A stretch of DNA of 64,000 bases from Sphyrna mokarran (lineage: Eukaryota): positions 68,200,001 to 68,264,000 of the forward strand of contig JAGIQG010000008.1 of assembly GCA_024679065.1 (NCBI GenBank), given 5' to 3'. The translations under genes were made by a program, and so were the position numbers. The notes beneath the pieces are model-generated. The model saw only the letters and a list, made by a program, of their open reading frames with translations. It was not told where the DNA came from and ran no database searches. Within the stretch, counting starts at the first letter, position 1. Every line of letters begins with the position of its first letter. Positions 1 to 11,124 of the stretch are shown piece by piece.

Positions 1-673
1 GAAAGATGGCAAGGGTAGCATGGGTTTTTGTGTATCTTACTGTGTAATTGGCTGCTTCCAGCTCTGAGTCCATGCTGCACTGTATTTCAATATTTTTATA
101 AATAGAGAGTGGCTATCACAGGTGACCACAAAAAACTGGTCGAACGTTACCCCAAAAATCTCTAATAAAGAGATCCTTTTAGAAAAAGAATAGTTACAGC
201 ACAGAAGTAAGTCATTGAGCTCTTTCTGTCAATGCCGGCTCTTTGTAATAGAATCTATCCCTCTCCCTCCCTCTATCCCCAGCTGCTGCTGCTTCTTCAC
301 CCCCACCCCCATGATGACAAAGACTTGGGGATGGAGATTCTGCTAAGGCTCAATTAAGGCAATGAGGATGTAAATTCAATGGTTCGGAAGGGAATAAAGT
401 TGGTTGTGAGTGAACAGAGTTTATGGTGGATGTTGAAGATACTGACTTTAGTCTTACTAATACTAAACTGAAGTGGGAACTCTGCTGCAAAATGCTTGTG
501 CTGAAAGCTTAAGGAGAGTGAATCTGAGCTTTCGAAGAGGAGAATAAATGGTGTATCATTGGTCTCTTTAAATGCTCTTATGCATGTTTGATTACAGCTG
601 AATAGATCCAAATCCCAGCAATATAACAGGATAAGTGAATCACACAGCTGGCCAGCTATGTGATTCATTTATC

Positions 674-1112
674 AAAGAACAAACAAAGAACAAAACAGCA
701 CGGGAAACAGGCCCTTTGGCCCAACGAGCCCGCGCCGCCACCCCACTGTTCCCACCTCTACACGCGATCCCTGTCCATGTTTATAGATCTATGGATTAAA
801 AACCAAATTTGAGACAATTTAGGGAGAATTTGTTTTGCCAATTAGCCTAAGAGCACATCTTGGGATGTGGGAGGAAACCGGAGCACCCGGAGAAAACCCA
901 CGCAAGCACGGGGAGAATGCGCAAACTCCCACAGACACAGGCCCAAATCCATGTATCTGCACAGCACAGCGATAGGCACTGAGCTGTCGTGTTGCCCATC
1001 AAATGGTCCAGGTCAAGCGTACACTTAAGACGTGAAGCACTAGGATACTCTTTTAAAAAAAAAAATCCAAGAGCAGCCCTCTCACGACCCATCGCGTGTA
1101 TGCCCCTCGTTA
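674..1112 (-). mobile_element. 5'-truncated copy of the CR1 3'UTR/V-SINE composite element
   Basis: Reverse complement aligns by eye with 23420-23828: unique segment, degenerate tRNA-like head, V-domain, CR1-type tail with (tgttctt)n end. Confidence 0.85.
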
Positions 1113-1856
1113 TCTTGTTGCACTGCTGGACGATATTATTTGTGGGACTTTCTCTAGAAAGTAATGAACTCTAATAGGTATTTTGTATCATTGTGAATGG
1201 CCCTGTGGATATGAGTCATGTGTGAAATTTCTTTTCCTCACTGGAACTATTATCCTGCTGGCAGGTGTTTGGAAACGGGAATGATGGGTGTACAATAACT
1301 GAGCTGCATACTTGTGAATGAGGTGTTTCACAACTCATGGTGTTATTTTATGTCTGCTGGTGGGCCCACATGTCAAATGACGAATGTTGCATGTCATTAA
1401 AATGTATTTTTCATTTCCAGTGTTCATGAATTAAGTTATTCTTATTAAATACCAATTTAAAGCAATTTATAAAAATCAAGTAATTATTTTCAAAAAAGGG
1501 ACATAGCGTTATATGGCCTTGTTCAAGCATTGTTTTCATCTATTTTGCACTTGGATTTTTAATCCTTCATACTTAGCAACACTTGCATGAAAACAAATTT
1601 GATGCAAACTTTCAAGTGCAATGATAGGCTGCCTCTGTGATCTAATATGAATAGGGATATTAATCTGAATGGTACACATAGTCTCTTTCCAGATATCCTT
1701 CCCTTTCTAGCCTTCCAAATTTAAAAAAAAACTCCATTCTTAAAGTTGCAAAGCCAGTGCTCAGAATGGACCAGGCAATTGGAAATCCTTTCCTTGCTTG
1801 CTCCAAAAACCACATTCAAAATCCAATTAAGTCCAGTTCATAGTCTCTACAAGAGA

Positions 1857-1992
1857 TGATGCGGAGATGCTGGCTTTGACTAGGGTACACACAGGTTAAA
1901 GTCCAACAAGTTTATTTGGTAGCACAAACCACTAGCTTTCGGAACGCTGCCCATTCGTCAGGTGAGTGGGAATTCAATAACAGAACTGCCCG
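1857..1992 (-). mobile_element. Penelope-like element 3' terminal fragment
   Basis: Shares the terminus tgatg(c/t)ggagatgctggc...aaagtccaacaagtttatttggt with other copies; candidate TSD caagaga at 1850-1856 and 1993-1999. Confidence 0.75.
1930..1964 (-). ncRNA. Minimal type I hammerhead ribozyme motif (degenerate stem II)
   Basis: Minus strand reads cac-CTGACGA-atgggcagcgttcc-GAAA-gc-TA-gtg: stem I cac/gtg, core boxes present, palindromic AGCT stem III. Confidence 0.7.
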
Positions 1993-3039
1993 CAAGAGAG
2001 ACATACAAGATCCAAGCTGACAAGGTATTGCACCCCATCTCAGGCTTGATCCAACTGATACTTGATTTTAACCAAAAGACCAACATTCCATGCTGCCATT
2101 AGTAGGTAATGAAAAGTCTGGAGGGAATCCAGATTTAAGTGGACTATTTGTGCAAGGAAACTGCCTGTAAGGTTTACTGAAAGTGGAAAATGGAGCCCTC
2201 TTGAAGATTTGTTATCCTGCACTCAGAACTGGCACATCATTGGTTGGTCTATTTGTGAACGTTGTTCTGTTGGTATTACTGTGATTGACTGATAGGTTGG
2301 GACTAACATTTCTTACAATACTTCATTTAATAGCCGTAGCTCAAATAGACTTTATACAGCATGGAGAAAAGAATTCATTATAAACATCTGCTTCTACACG
2401 AATCACGACACTTCAAAGTATTGTGAATGGAACACTCCAGACATTTCAACATAATAACAGTATAAATGTACGCATTGTAGATTCACTGACTGCAATATTT
2501 AAATTCTATTAAAACTGTTCAGCATTTAATTGTTTCCTTTATTCTTTTCCTTCAGTCTGATAATTGCTTCAGAAAATGTTTAATATTTGACTGGAATTAT
2601 TATCAAATACACCAATGGGATATTTAACCCAGTTTTGCTGTATTTCATACCCTAACAATTAATAGTGTAACTCTCTCCATCTGTATATTTTAATACTGCC
2701 AAGCCCCCCTGTAATAACCTATTGTGTGTTTGCATGGTGAGATCTGTTCCCAGAACATCTTGCTGATCACAATTTCATTGAATAATATCCTCCTGCAATA
2801 GGCTTTGCTAAAGAGATGATGTGGCTGAGATGGGTTTTGCAGACAGTTAGACTATTGGAACAAAGGTTACTGACTTACACACACACTAAAGCCACACTGA
2901 CTGCAGCCACACTGCATCTTCTAATGTTATAAATGTGGTCTAACAGGGGGTTACAAAGCACTCCAGCACAGCATTTTGTTTTACCATTTTTAATGTTTGG
3001 CGCTTGCAATGAGAATATAGTAATTCATTCATACTTTGG

Positions 3040-3378
3040 TTGCAGCCGGTAACTTGAACAAATAAATCAAGGTACTTCATTCCAGTGTCAAATCGCACTG
3101 TTCCAGGTTTGGTCTTCTGTAAGAAACATTAAACCAAAGCTCCAACTGTTCTCCTGAATGAACATTAAAGGTCTAATTGTAATATTGTGGAGAAGAGCAG
3201 GGGAGATGCCCCCATTTTCCTGGCCATTCGGCATCAGAGAATCACAGAGTATCATGTTTGTGGCATTTTGTCATGATTACATTTCCAATAGTGATTACAC
3301 TTCCAAAGCACTTTGTTACCTTTGCTGAGTTTTGGGACATCCTGAGACTGGCATTGTATAAGTGTGTGTTATTTTCTT
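3040..3378 (+). mobile_element. Old DeuSINE (SacSINE1/AmnSINE1-like) remnant
   Basis: Degenerate Deu-domain-like motifs (gaagagcagggg...cctggcca; aaagcacttt...gggacatcctgag) similar to 34435-34840. Confidence 0.55.
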
Positions 3379-3479
3379 TAATGTATTAATAACAACCTTG
3401 AAGCTTTATTACCTGAAACCTGAAGTTGTTAGTGGTACAAAATCCCTCAAAAGAAAACAGCACATTCTTTGTTCATGCA

Positions 3480-4435
3480 AGTCTGGAGCAGAAGTAGGCC
3501 ACCTGGCTCCTTGAGCCTGCTCTGGCATCCAATAAGATCATGGCTGATCTGATTATAATCTCCAATTCACATTCCTACCTACCCAATAACCTTTTACTCT
3601 CAAGAATCTACGTAGCTCAGCCTTAAAAATAGCCAAGGTCTTTGTTCCACTGCCTGTTGAGGGAGAGTGTTCAGAAGACTCTCCACCCTCTGAGAGAAAA
3701 AATTATCCTTTTGTCTATCTTGAGTGACTTACTGATTTCGAACAAAGAACAAAACAGTACGGGAAACAGGCCCTTCGGCCCAACGAGCCCGCGCCGCCAC
3801 CCCTATGTTCCCACCTCTACCCGTGATCCCTGTCAATGTTTATAGATCTATGGATTAAAAACCAAATTTGAAATAGTTTAGGGAGAATCTGTTTTGCCAA
3901 TTAGCCTAAAAGCCCTCTGACGACCCATCGCATGTATGCCCCTTGTTAGACAACAAGGTGGACCAAAGCACCTGTAGGATAAAAACAAGTACATCAATAT
4001 CATCACCTATTTACATACTTCCCGGGGACTCCCAAGGCTCAGGATCCCTATTTTAAATCAGTTTTCTATACCCCTCCATTCCCATTCTGTTCATGTGCCC
4101 ATCTAAGTATTTCTTAAATAACTCCAGAGTGCATGCTCTCACCACTTTACTTGGCAGTGTATTCTATATCCCCACCACCCTCTGTGTGGAAAAAACTCCC
4201 TCTAGCATCCAAATTATACCTTAAAAATGACCCTTAGCATTAGACTCTGCCTCGAGGAAACAATCTCCCCATATTCACTCAAGATCTCTAAGGATCTTAA
4301 AGGTTTCAACCAAGTCATCACTTACTGTTCTAAACTCCAGCAGATACAAGCCTAACCTGTCCAACGTTTCCATTCTTGGTATTAGTCTCGTAAATCTTCA
4401 CTGAACTGCTTCTAACATATTTAAATCTTTGCTTA
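3480..4435 (-). mobile_element. Old CR1 3' region, interrupted by the composite CR1 copy at 3740-4222
   Basis: CR1 3'UTR motif (aataagatcatggctgatct) near 3530-3550; ORF2 C-terminal remnants resume after 4222. Confidence 0.65.
3740..4222 (-). mobile_element. CR1 3' end with composite 3'UTR; SINE head and V-domain deleted
   Basis: Reverse complement matches ~23148-23460 joined directly to ~23676-23828. Confidence 0.85.
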
Positions 4436-4779
4436 CCAGTCAGCAGAGGGCAGTACAAGCTCATTTTAAAACTACTAGTCAGTAGTGTGTGTTTTAATTT
4501 TCCTATTTAACACTTACAGTGACCTAAAAGGGTTTAACACTGCCATAACGTTACATCACAGACTAACTATGAAACTTGCTAAGATCGTGTGATGCCAACT
4601 GAGTACTGAATCTACCCTGATCAGTGGTACCAAGCATTGGTTTTTCCAAAATCCACATTTTTCTGTTAATTGCTGCGATTTTTCAGCACTTTAAAATGTG
4701 AGACCATAGCAATATGATACAACTCGTGATCCTGAGTGGCTCCAGAAACCTTGTTGCGGTATTTTATAATCGTTGGGAC

Positions 4780-5530
4780 CTGCCGGCCAGATCCAAGGTT
4801 GTTTCATTCTCTGTCAGTATGCAGACATTGTTTGCACACACTGAGGTTGAGCTCCAAACCGTTGTCAACATTTTTACTGGGTGTGCGAAAGGATGGGCCG
4901 CACTGGCAAAGATCAGCACTGCTCCAGATTCTCAAAATCCATAGTGAGGCCTTGGACAATGTGGGCGTTTCCTATTAACCAGGGTAGACATTGATGATGT
5001 AGTCCTACATTGTTTCAGTATGCCTGTGCAGACTTCCCATCCATCCATGTGCCTCAGAGATACAGTCTATGAACAGCAGGCACTTCAAAATCCTGGAGAA
5101 GTACCACTACCACTATCTCCAAGATTCTACCAATAGGTGCACCAAAGGCGATGTTCTCGCTCAAAGCAGCATCCCAGCATCAGAACATTGACCATGGTCG
5201 ATCAGTTCTGGCGTGCCTGACAGAGACTGCCAAAATAAGCACTATTACTCAGCTTAGGCACAACAAGCAAGCCTCAGGAGGGCAGAGGAAATGCTTCAAG
5301 AACACCTTCAAAACCTACTTTAAAAAATGCAGCATCTCCATGATGCCTGGGAATCGTTGGTCCAAGCTTGCTCAAAGTGGAGGAAAAGCTCTGGGAAAAA
5401 GCTGAACGCCTCGAGTTTCCTCACAAAAAAACTCAAGCCAAGGCTCAAGCCAAGTCTGATAAAGGACAACATGGCAATCTGGGCACTCTTTCCAACCATT
5501 CCTCCAACCACCATGTGCCCCACCTGGGAC
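4780..5530 (+). mobile_element. Degenerate RTE (BovB-type) LINE, RT and C-terminal region
   Basis: cag tat gca gac (QYAD) near 4815; AHTEVELQTVVNIF; GGQRKCFKNTFK and WESL...KWR are RTE-type C-terminal motifs. Confidence 0.75.
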
Positions 5531-6325
5531 AGAGACACTCTGATCTATTTGTATAAATGGAATGCCCCACAGAGAGAAATATAATATCTGCTATAGCTCT
5601 TTTGAGTTTTCTAAGTCAGCTTCCGTAGACGCTGCAATGCATACTCCAATACCAGCTAAAAGGGCAATTTTTTTTATAAATGTCACTGAAATATGAATCC
5701 ATATTGTTGCAGCATAAATTATGCAGTGTATTCGCACTTCTGTAGAAGCTATGTAGTGCAAATGCACTGCAGTATGAGTTACTTGGGGAAATCACACTCT
5801 AACATCAGTTATGCAGTGTAATAACACTACAGTTGGAGTTTCATAACAGATGCATCTTGTCCGGAAACTTGACAAATTTTCATAAAACGATGAAAGCTGT
5901 ATGTACTATCTGGAATAACGCATATTTTCTGAATGGCCTCAAAGCTGCATGTTTCCCTCCCTGCATGGTGTTCCCAAACTGCCAGCATAAGCAACATCCT
6001 GCTGACTTGCTTTGCACTCCACAGCTATACTCTTCTCTGCCAGAGCTGTGGAATGCTGTTAAAGCTGCAATTACTGTACCTTTTGAAGTGCCTAAATGTT
6101 TCAAACCTCTTGTTTAATGGGTATGTAAGTATGGATGGGGGTGGGTGAGGAGGAGGAGCGGGCTTGGTGACAGTGACTCAATCTCCCTGAATGGAAAAAG
6201 GCTGTGCGTATTGAATTCTACTGCAATTAATGACCTCTTGGTAGGAATGATGCCACATAGGATTGTCAACTCTGGAAAACCTATTCTTGGTGGTTTCATC
6301 ACGTAGCCCTGTAGCTCCAACTCAC

Positions 6326-6512
6326 GATGTAGAGATGCTGGCGTTGGACTGGGGTAAACTCAGTAAAGTTTTACAACACCAATTTTAAATCCAACCAATT
6401 TATTTGATAGTAAATTCACGAGCTTTCCGAAGGCTATAAAGTCGAAAGCTCGCGAATTTACTATAAAATAAATTGGTTGGATTTAAAATTGGTGTTGTAA
6501 AACTTTACTGAG
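6326..6512 (-). mobile_element. Penelope-type mini-insertion with 70-bp inverted repeat
   Basis: Arms 6358-6427 and 6444-6513 (2 mismatches); TSD tccaactcac at 6316-6325 and 6513-6522; same terminus as other copies. Confidence 0.85.
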
Positions 6513-7619
6513 TCCAACTCACACACAGCCATAGAACTTTTTCCTCACTTTTTAATGCTGCAGTGATTTTTTTCCCCGGGTTGTTTGTGAGAAATAAATG
6601 TTTAATACTTAGATGATTGACAGCTGTTATAGAAATCAGGCTCATTATTTGCTCTAACTGCTATCTATGTTTCATTTTTCTAGCTGTCAACAGGGAAAAT
6701 TTACCTATGGAATTTAGCAGCTTAAAACTAAAATGTTAGCTTTCTGAGAAAAGCATACATTTTTACATTAGTGATTTTAAAACTTGTTGTGAAAGTAGTA
6801 GCATTGAGGGTTCATTATGTATATAATGTTTTGGGAGATAGAAGTATTTACAGTAGCTGAACATTCAGGCTTGATTCAAAAATGCACAGTGCTGGTGATC
6901 ATACATTTTGGGGAATTTTGAAGAATGTACAGTACTGATGGTAATACTGATGTTTCTGATTCGAATTCATGAAATAAAGATTGATACTTTATTTTGTTGT
7001 GAGAGGTATGAAAGGCATTTATTTAACTCCTAGTTAGATTGGAGCTCCTTTTATAAATTGAAAAGCTGCATTCAAATGAGGTAGTTAATAACGAGAAGCA
7101 AATCTCCAATACAATCTTGTGTTGCCTAGCACTGCAGAGAAATAGAGTTCCCCAGCAGGGTCTAGTGTTTTTAGTGTCAGTGCAGGGTGAGAAATGGGAA
7201 GATTTCCATGATCTCATGCTTGCTATTCATTAAGAATTGTTTCTGTTCCCTGTTATCTCTGGCCAAGTACATTTGAAGAACTAGAGACTATGCTGGTTGA
7301 ACAGGCCAATTGTGACTGTAACAATGCAAGAGGCATGAGTTGTTCTTAATGTGGCATGCTGTAGGCATTTAGCCATGAGAGCAAAATTATTGTTTTGACG
7401 TCAAATGTGGATAAAGCAAACTAATTGGTGCCTCTTGAAGGGCCTGAGATCCAGTTTGACCCCACACAACCAACAATAATCATTATTGTGAGACACACTA
7501 TATCATGTCACTGAATTTGATAATTTATCACGTTGCATTCAAGTTTATATTTGGATGCTGTGGTGGCAAAGTATGTATTGATTATCATTATTTATTAATT
7601 CATTTAATTTTATCTTGGA

Positions 7620-7860
7620 TTTTGGGAGTGTCCCAAAATCCCATACACTGTTCTTCTCTAACTCTTTCTCCCCCATGTACTCACTCTCCTGTCTCTCACG
7701 CTTGCTCGCTTGTGCTCTCTCGCACGTGCCCTCAGCCTCTCGCGTGCTTACCCCCGTCCCCGCCAGCTTGCCACCCGCCTTCCTCTGGCCCACTAGCCTG
7801 CCTGCCCACCCTCCTCTGGCCCACCCACACTCGCACAGAGATATAAAATGAGCCGTAGCG
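7620..7860. repeat. C-rich low-complexity repeat
   Basis: Degenerate ccacc/ctcgc units; source of spurious Pro/Leu-rich ORFs. Confidence 0.6.
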
Positions 7861-7879
7861 AAACTGGAATCAATAGGTA

Positions 7880-8925
7880 TCTAGTGGAGCATTCTCCACT
7901 GTTTGGAGTCACACCTAGCACAAAGAGGGATAGTTGTGGTTGTTGGAGGTCAGCCAAGTTAGTTACAGATCATCACTGCACGAGTCCCTCTGTGTAGTGT
8001 CTTAACAAAACCGTCTTTAGCTGCTTCATCCATGACCCTCTTTCAAAGTCAGAACTGTGATGTTCGCTGATCATGGCACAATGTTTAGAACCATTCACAA
8101 CTCCAGGCACTGAAGCAATCCGTACAGAAAGACCTGGACAATACTTTAGGCTGAAAAGTGGAAAGTAACATTTGTGCCACACAAATGTTTGCAATGACTA
8201 TTTCCAACAAGAAAGAATCTAATCATTGTCCTTTGCATTGAGTGTCATTACTATCACTGAATTCTGTACTATTAACATCTTCGGGGTTACTATTGACCAG
8301 AAACTGAACTGGACTAGCTATGTAAATACTGTGCTCAGAAACAAGGGATCCTGTGGCAAGTAACTCCCCTCCTGATTCCTCAAAGCCTGTCCTCCATCCA
8401 CAAGATGTAAATCAGGAATGTGATGGAATACTCTCTACTTTCCTGGATGGATGCTGCTCCAATAACACTCAAGCAGTTTAAACCATCCAGGACAAAGCTG
8501 CCTACTTGATTGGCAGCCCATCCTCAAGCATTCACTTCTTCCACCACCAGCGCACAGCAGCAGCAATGTGTATCATCTAAAAGATATACTGCCCAAACTT
8601 ATCATCATTATGAGGAGCATCTTCCAAACCCACGACCACTGCTATCTAGAAGAATAAGGGCAGTACACTCATGGGGACACCAACACCTGAAGTTTCTCTC
8701 TAAGCCACTCATCATCTTGACTTGGAAATATATTGTTGTTTCTTCAATGTCGCTGGGGTTACAATCTTGGAACTCCTTCCCCAGCAGCACTGTGGGTATA
8801 TCTATATCGTATGGACTGCATTGATTCAAAAAGGCAGCTCACCACCACCACTTTGAAGGCAATTGGGGATGGTAAATAAATACTGATCTAGTCATTGACA
8901 CCCACATCCCAAGAATGAATAAAAG
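7880..8925 (+). mobile_element. CR1/L2-type LINE (second family) RT 3' region, degenerate
   Basis: FSCFI motif, GVTIDQKLNW, and 3' tail ggcaattggggatgg...aataaa shared with 21030-22280 and 55700-57545. Confidence 0.8.
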
Positions 8926-9349
8926 TGAAATTGGGTGGCCTAATCCTTGTTCAATAGTCTCTTTACCCTTGCTGTTCAGCATTGAAACCATGCAACATTT
9001 ACTTTATGTATGTTAGCTATTCCTTTTCTTTCCTCTTCTGTTTCCTCTTATATCTCTCCACTCTGTTCAATAAACAATTTCAAAAGGAAAAACTAAAATT
9101 ATGTCTACTTTTAAGAGAAAAAGATTATGGATTATTGGAACCATGTCTGTTGCTTTTACTACTTGTGATGTATTATTTATTAATACATCACCATAATGCA
9201 TCTTTTGGGCCAGAGATGTTTAGCGGGAGCCCTGCTTTTCCTCTTCTGTTTAAAAAATAGTCATAACATTTTTCAGATAAGAGTGGGGCGATTCTGTCCA
9301 GTGTCCCAGTCAACACCTTTCCATTAACTAATGCGAGAAAAACATATCA

Positions 9350-10830
9350 CAGAACCATAGAAACGTTACAGCACAGAAGGGGGCCATTCATCCCATCTTG
9401 TCTGTGCCAGTCCGAGGACTTCCAGGTAACCTTTCTAACCTCGCCTTCCTTCCAACTGGCCCATAACCATGTAGCTTAGATCACTTAAAGTACAGATCCA
9501 GGTATGTTTCAAAATAGTTTAGAGTCTCTGTTTCTACCACCAACTCTGGCAGCAAATACCAGACACCCACTACCCTTTGTGTAAAAAGATTTTTCTCATG
9601 CCCCCTCTACACATTTTGTCACTTATCTTGAACTTATGTCCTCAGATTCTACAATTTTCCACCAAGGGAAACAATTTTATCCTGTCTACTTTTCCTGTCT
9701 ACCTTATCCTGTCTCTTCCCCTCATAATTTTGTACACCCCTGTCAAGTTACTTCTCAGCCTTATTTGTTCCAAGAAAAATAACTTAGTGAAGGAATTAAG
9801 GACTATAGTAAGTAGATGGGTAAGTGGATCTGAGTCCATGAAAAGATCAGACATGATCTTATTGAATGATGGAGCAGGCTCAAGGGACTATATGACCTCC
9901 TTCTGCTCCTATTATGTTTTCATGTTCTAACACCAATGTTTCCAATCTCTGTACATGGCTACACTTCTAGCCCTGGTAACATTCTTGTCAACCTCTTCTG
10001 CTCTCTCTTCAGAGCAATTACATCCTTCCTGTAATATGGTGATCAGAAAGGCATTCTCAGTATTTCAGTTGTGGCCTTGCCAGTGTTTTATACAATTCCA
10101 ACATCATATCCTTACTTTTATATTTTATCACTCTACCAATAAACAAGAGCATCCCATATGTCTTTTTACAATCTTACTTTCTTGAACTGCTGGTTTTAAG
10201 GACCTGTGTACTGTCTTTCACTTTACCTATCCTTGGTATATTCCCATTTATCATATATTTCCTAAAACTGTTTGACTTTCCTAAATGCATTTCCTCACAC
10301 TGTTATGTTTAAATCCATCTGTTACTTTACCGCCCACTCCATCAACCCATCTATGTCATTTTGGAGATTATAGCTGTTCTCTACACTAACCACGACTTGG
10401 CCAATCTTTATGTCATCTGCAAATTTTCCAAATGTGCCCCTGACGTTCATGTCCAAATTATTAATATATAACACAAATGGTATGGGTCCCAACACTGAAT
10501 CCTGTGGGACACCATTTAAAACAATCTTCCATTTGTAAGGGCATCCATTGACCATTAGCCTTTGTTTCCTGTTACTAATTAAAGTTTTTATCCAGTTTGC
10601 AACATTACCCTGTATCAGATGGGATTTTATCTTTCTAACAATCTGCCATGTGGGATATTGTCAGATGCCTTACTAAAAAACCATGTATACAACATCCACT
10701 GCACCACCTTCATCAGTCCTTCATGCAATTTCCTCAGAATTCAATGAAGTTTGTGAGGCAAGACCTTCCTTTAATACATCCCTGCTGACCAGCCCTGACT
10801 TTCTATTTGATAGTTAACCCTATCTTCTCA
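9350..10830 (-). mobile_element. CR1 LINE ORF2 3' half, degenerate, with a short + strand CR1 3' end nested at ~9786-9928
   Basis: ORF 10322-10555 GVPQDSVLGP...KFADDIKIG; CR1 tail near 9350. Confidence 0.85.
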
Positions 10831-10996
10831 GGTTGATTGGAGATTTATTTCATTCCTGTCTGTGGGGCCTGTCACATGCAAATTAAGTGTCGTGCTTGCT
10901 GACATGTGTCTGCAGTTCATGAAAGTAGTCCCTTTGCTGTAAAGCACTTTGAAGAGTACCAAAGATGCGAAAGGTGATATATAAATGCAATTGCTT
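10830..10996 (+). mobile_element. DeuSINE 3' part (5' part probably at ~9270-9349, split by the CR1)
   Basis: gctgtaaagcactttg...gaaaggtgatatataaatgcaa resembles the DeuSINE/AmnSINE-type tail. Confidence 0.55.
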
Positions 10997-11023
10997 GATG
11001 ATATCCTTTCTTCCTTTTCCTAG

Positions 11024-11124
11024 GTGAAAATATTAATGTTGGTGATGCACTCTGTGAAATTGAAACGGACAAAGCTGTGGTTACCTTGGACTCCAGCGAT
11101 GATGGCGTACTAGCAAAAATCATG
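11024..11124 (+). CDS. PDHX: Internal exon of pyruvate dehydrogenase complex component X (E3-binding protein), lipoyl domain
   Basis: Acceptor cctttcttccttttcctag|GT and donor ATG|gtaaga. The 101 bp translate as (G)[33 protein letters not shown], matching the PDHX motif [25 protein letters not shown] (DLAT instead has AEVETDKATVGFE). Lipoyl-Lys codon AAA is at 11071-11073. Missed by the ORF track because it is a short exon. Confidence 0.93.

Noticed and set aside
847-1092. ORFs over V-SINEs (also 23482-23664, 32056-32271, 36118-36593)
   Set aside because: Chance translations of SINE sequence (e.g. RKPE-PE-TH), not host genes.
6670-6740. Acceptor-like site (tttcatttttctag) as the upstream PDHX exon
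   Set aside because: No MP-LSPTM-EG motif in any frame.
7505-7851. Pro/Leu/Ser-rich ORFs
   Set aside because: They arise from a C-rich low-complexity tract.
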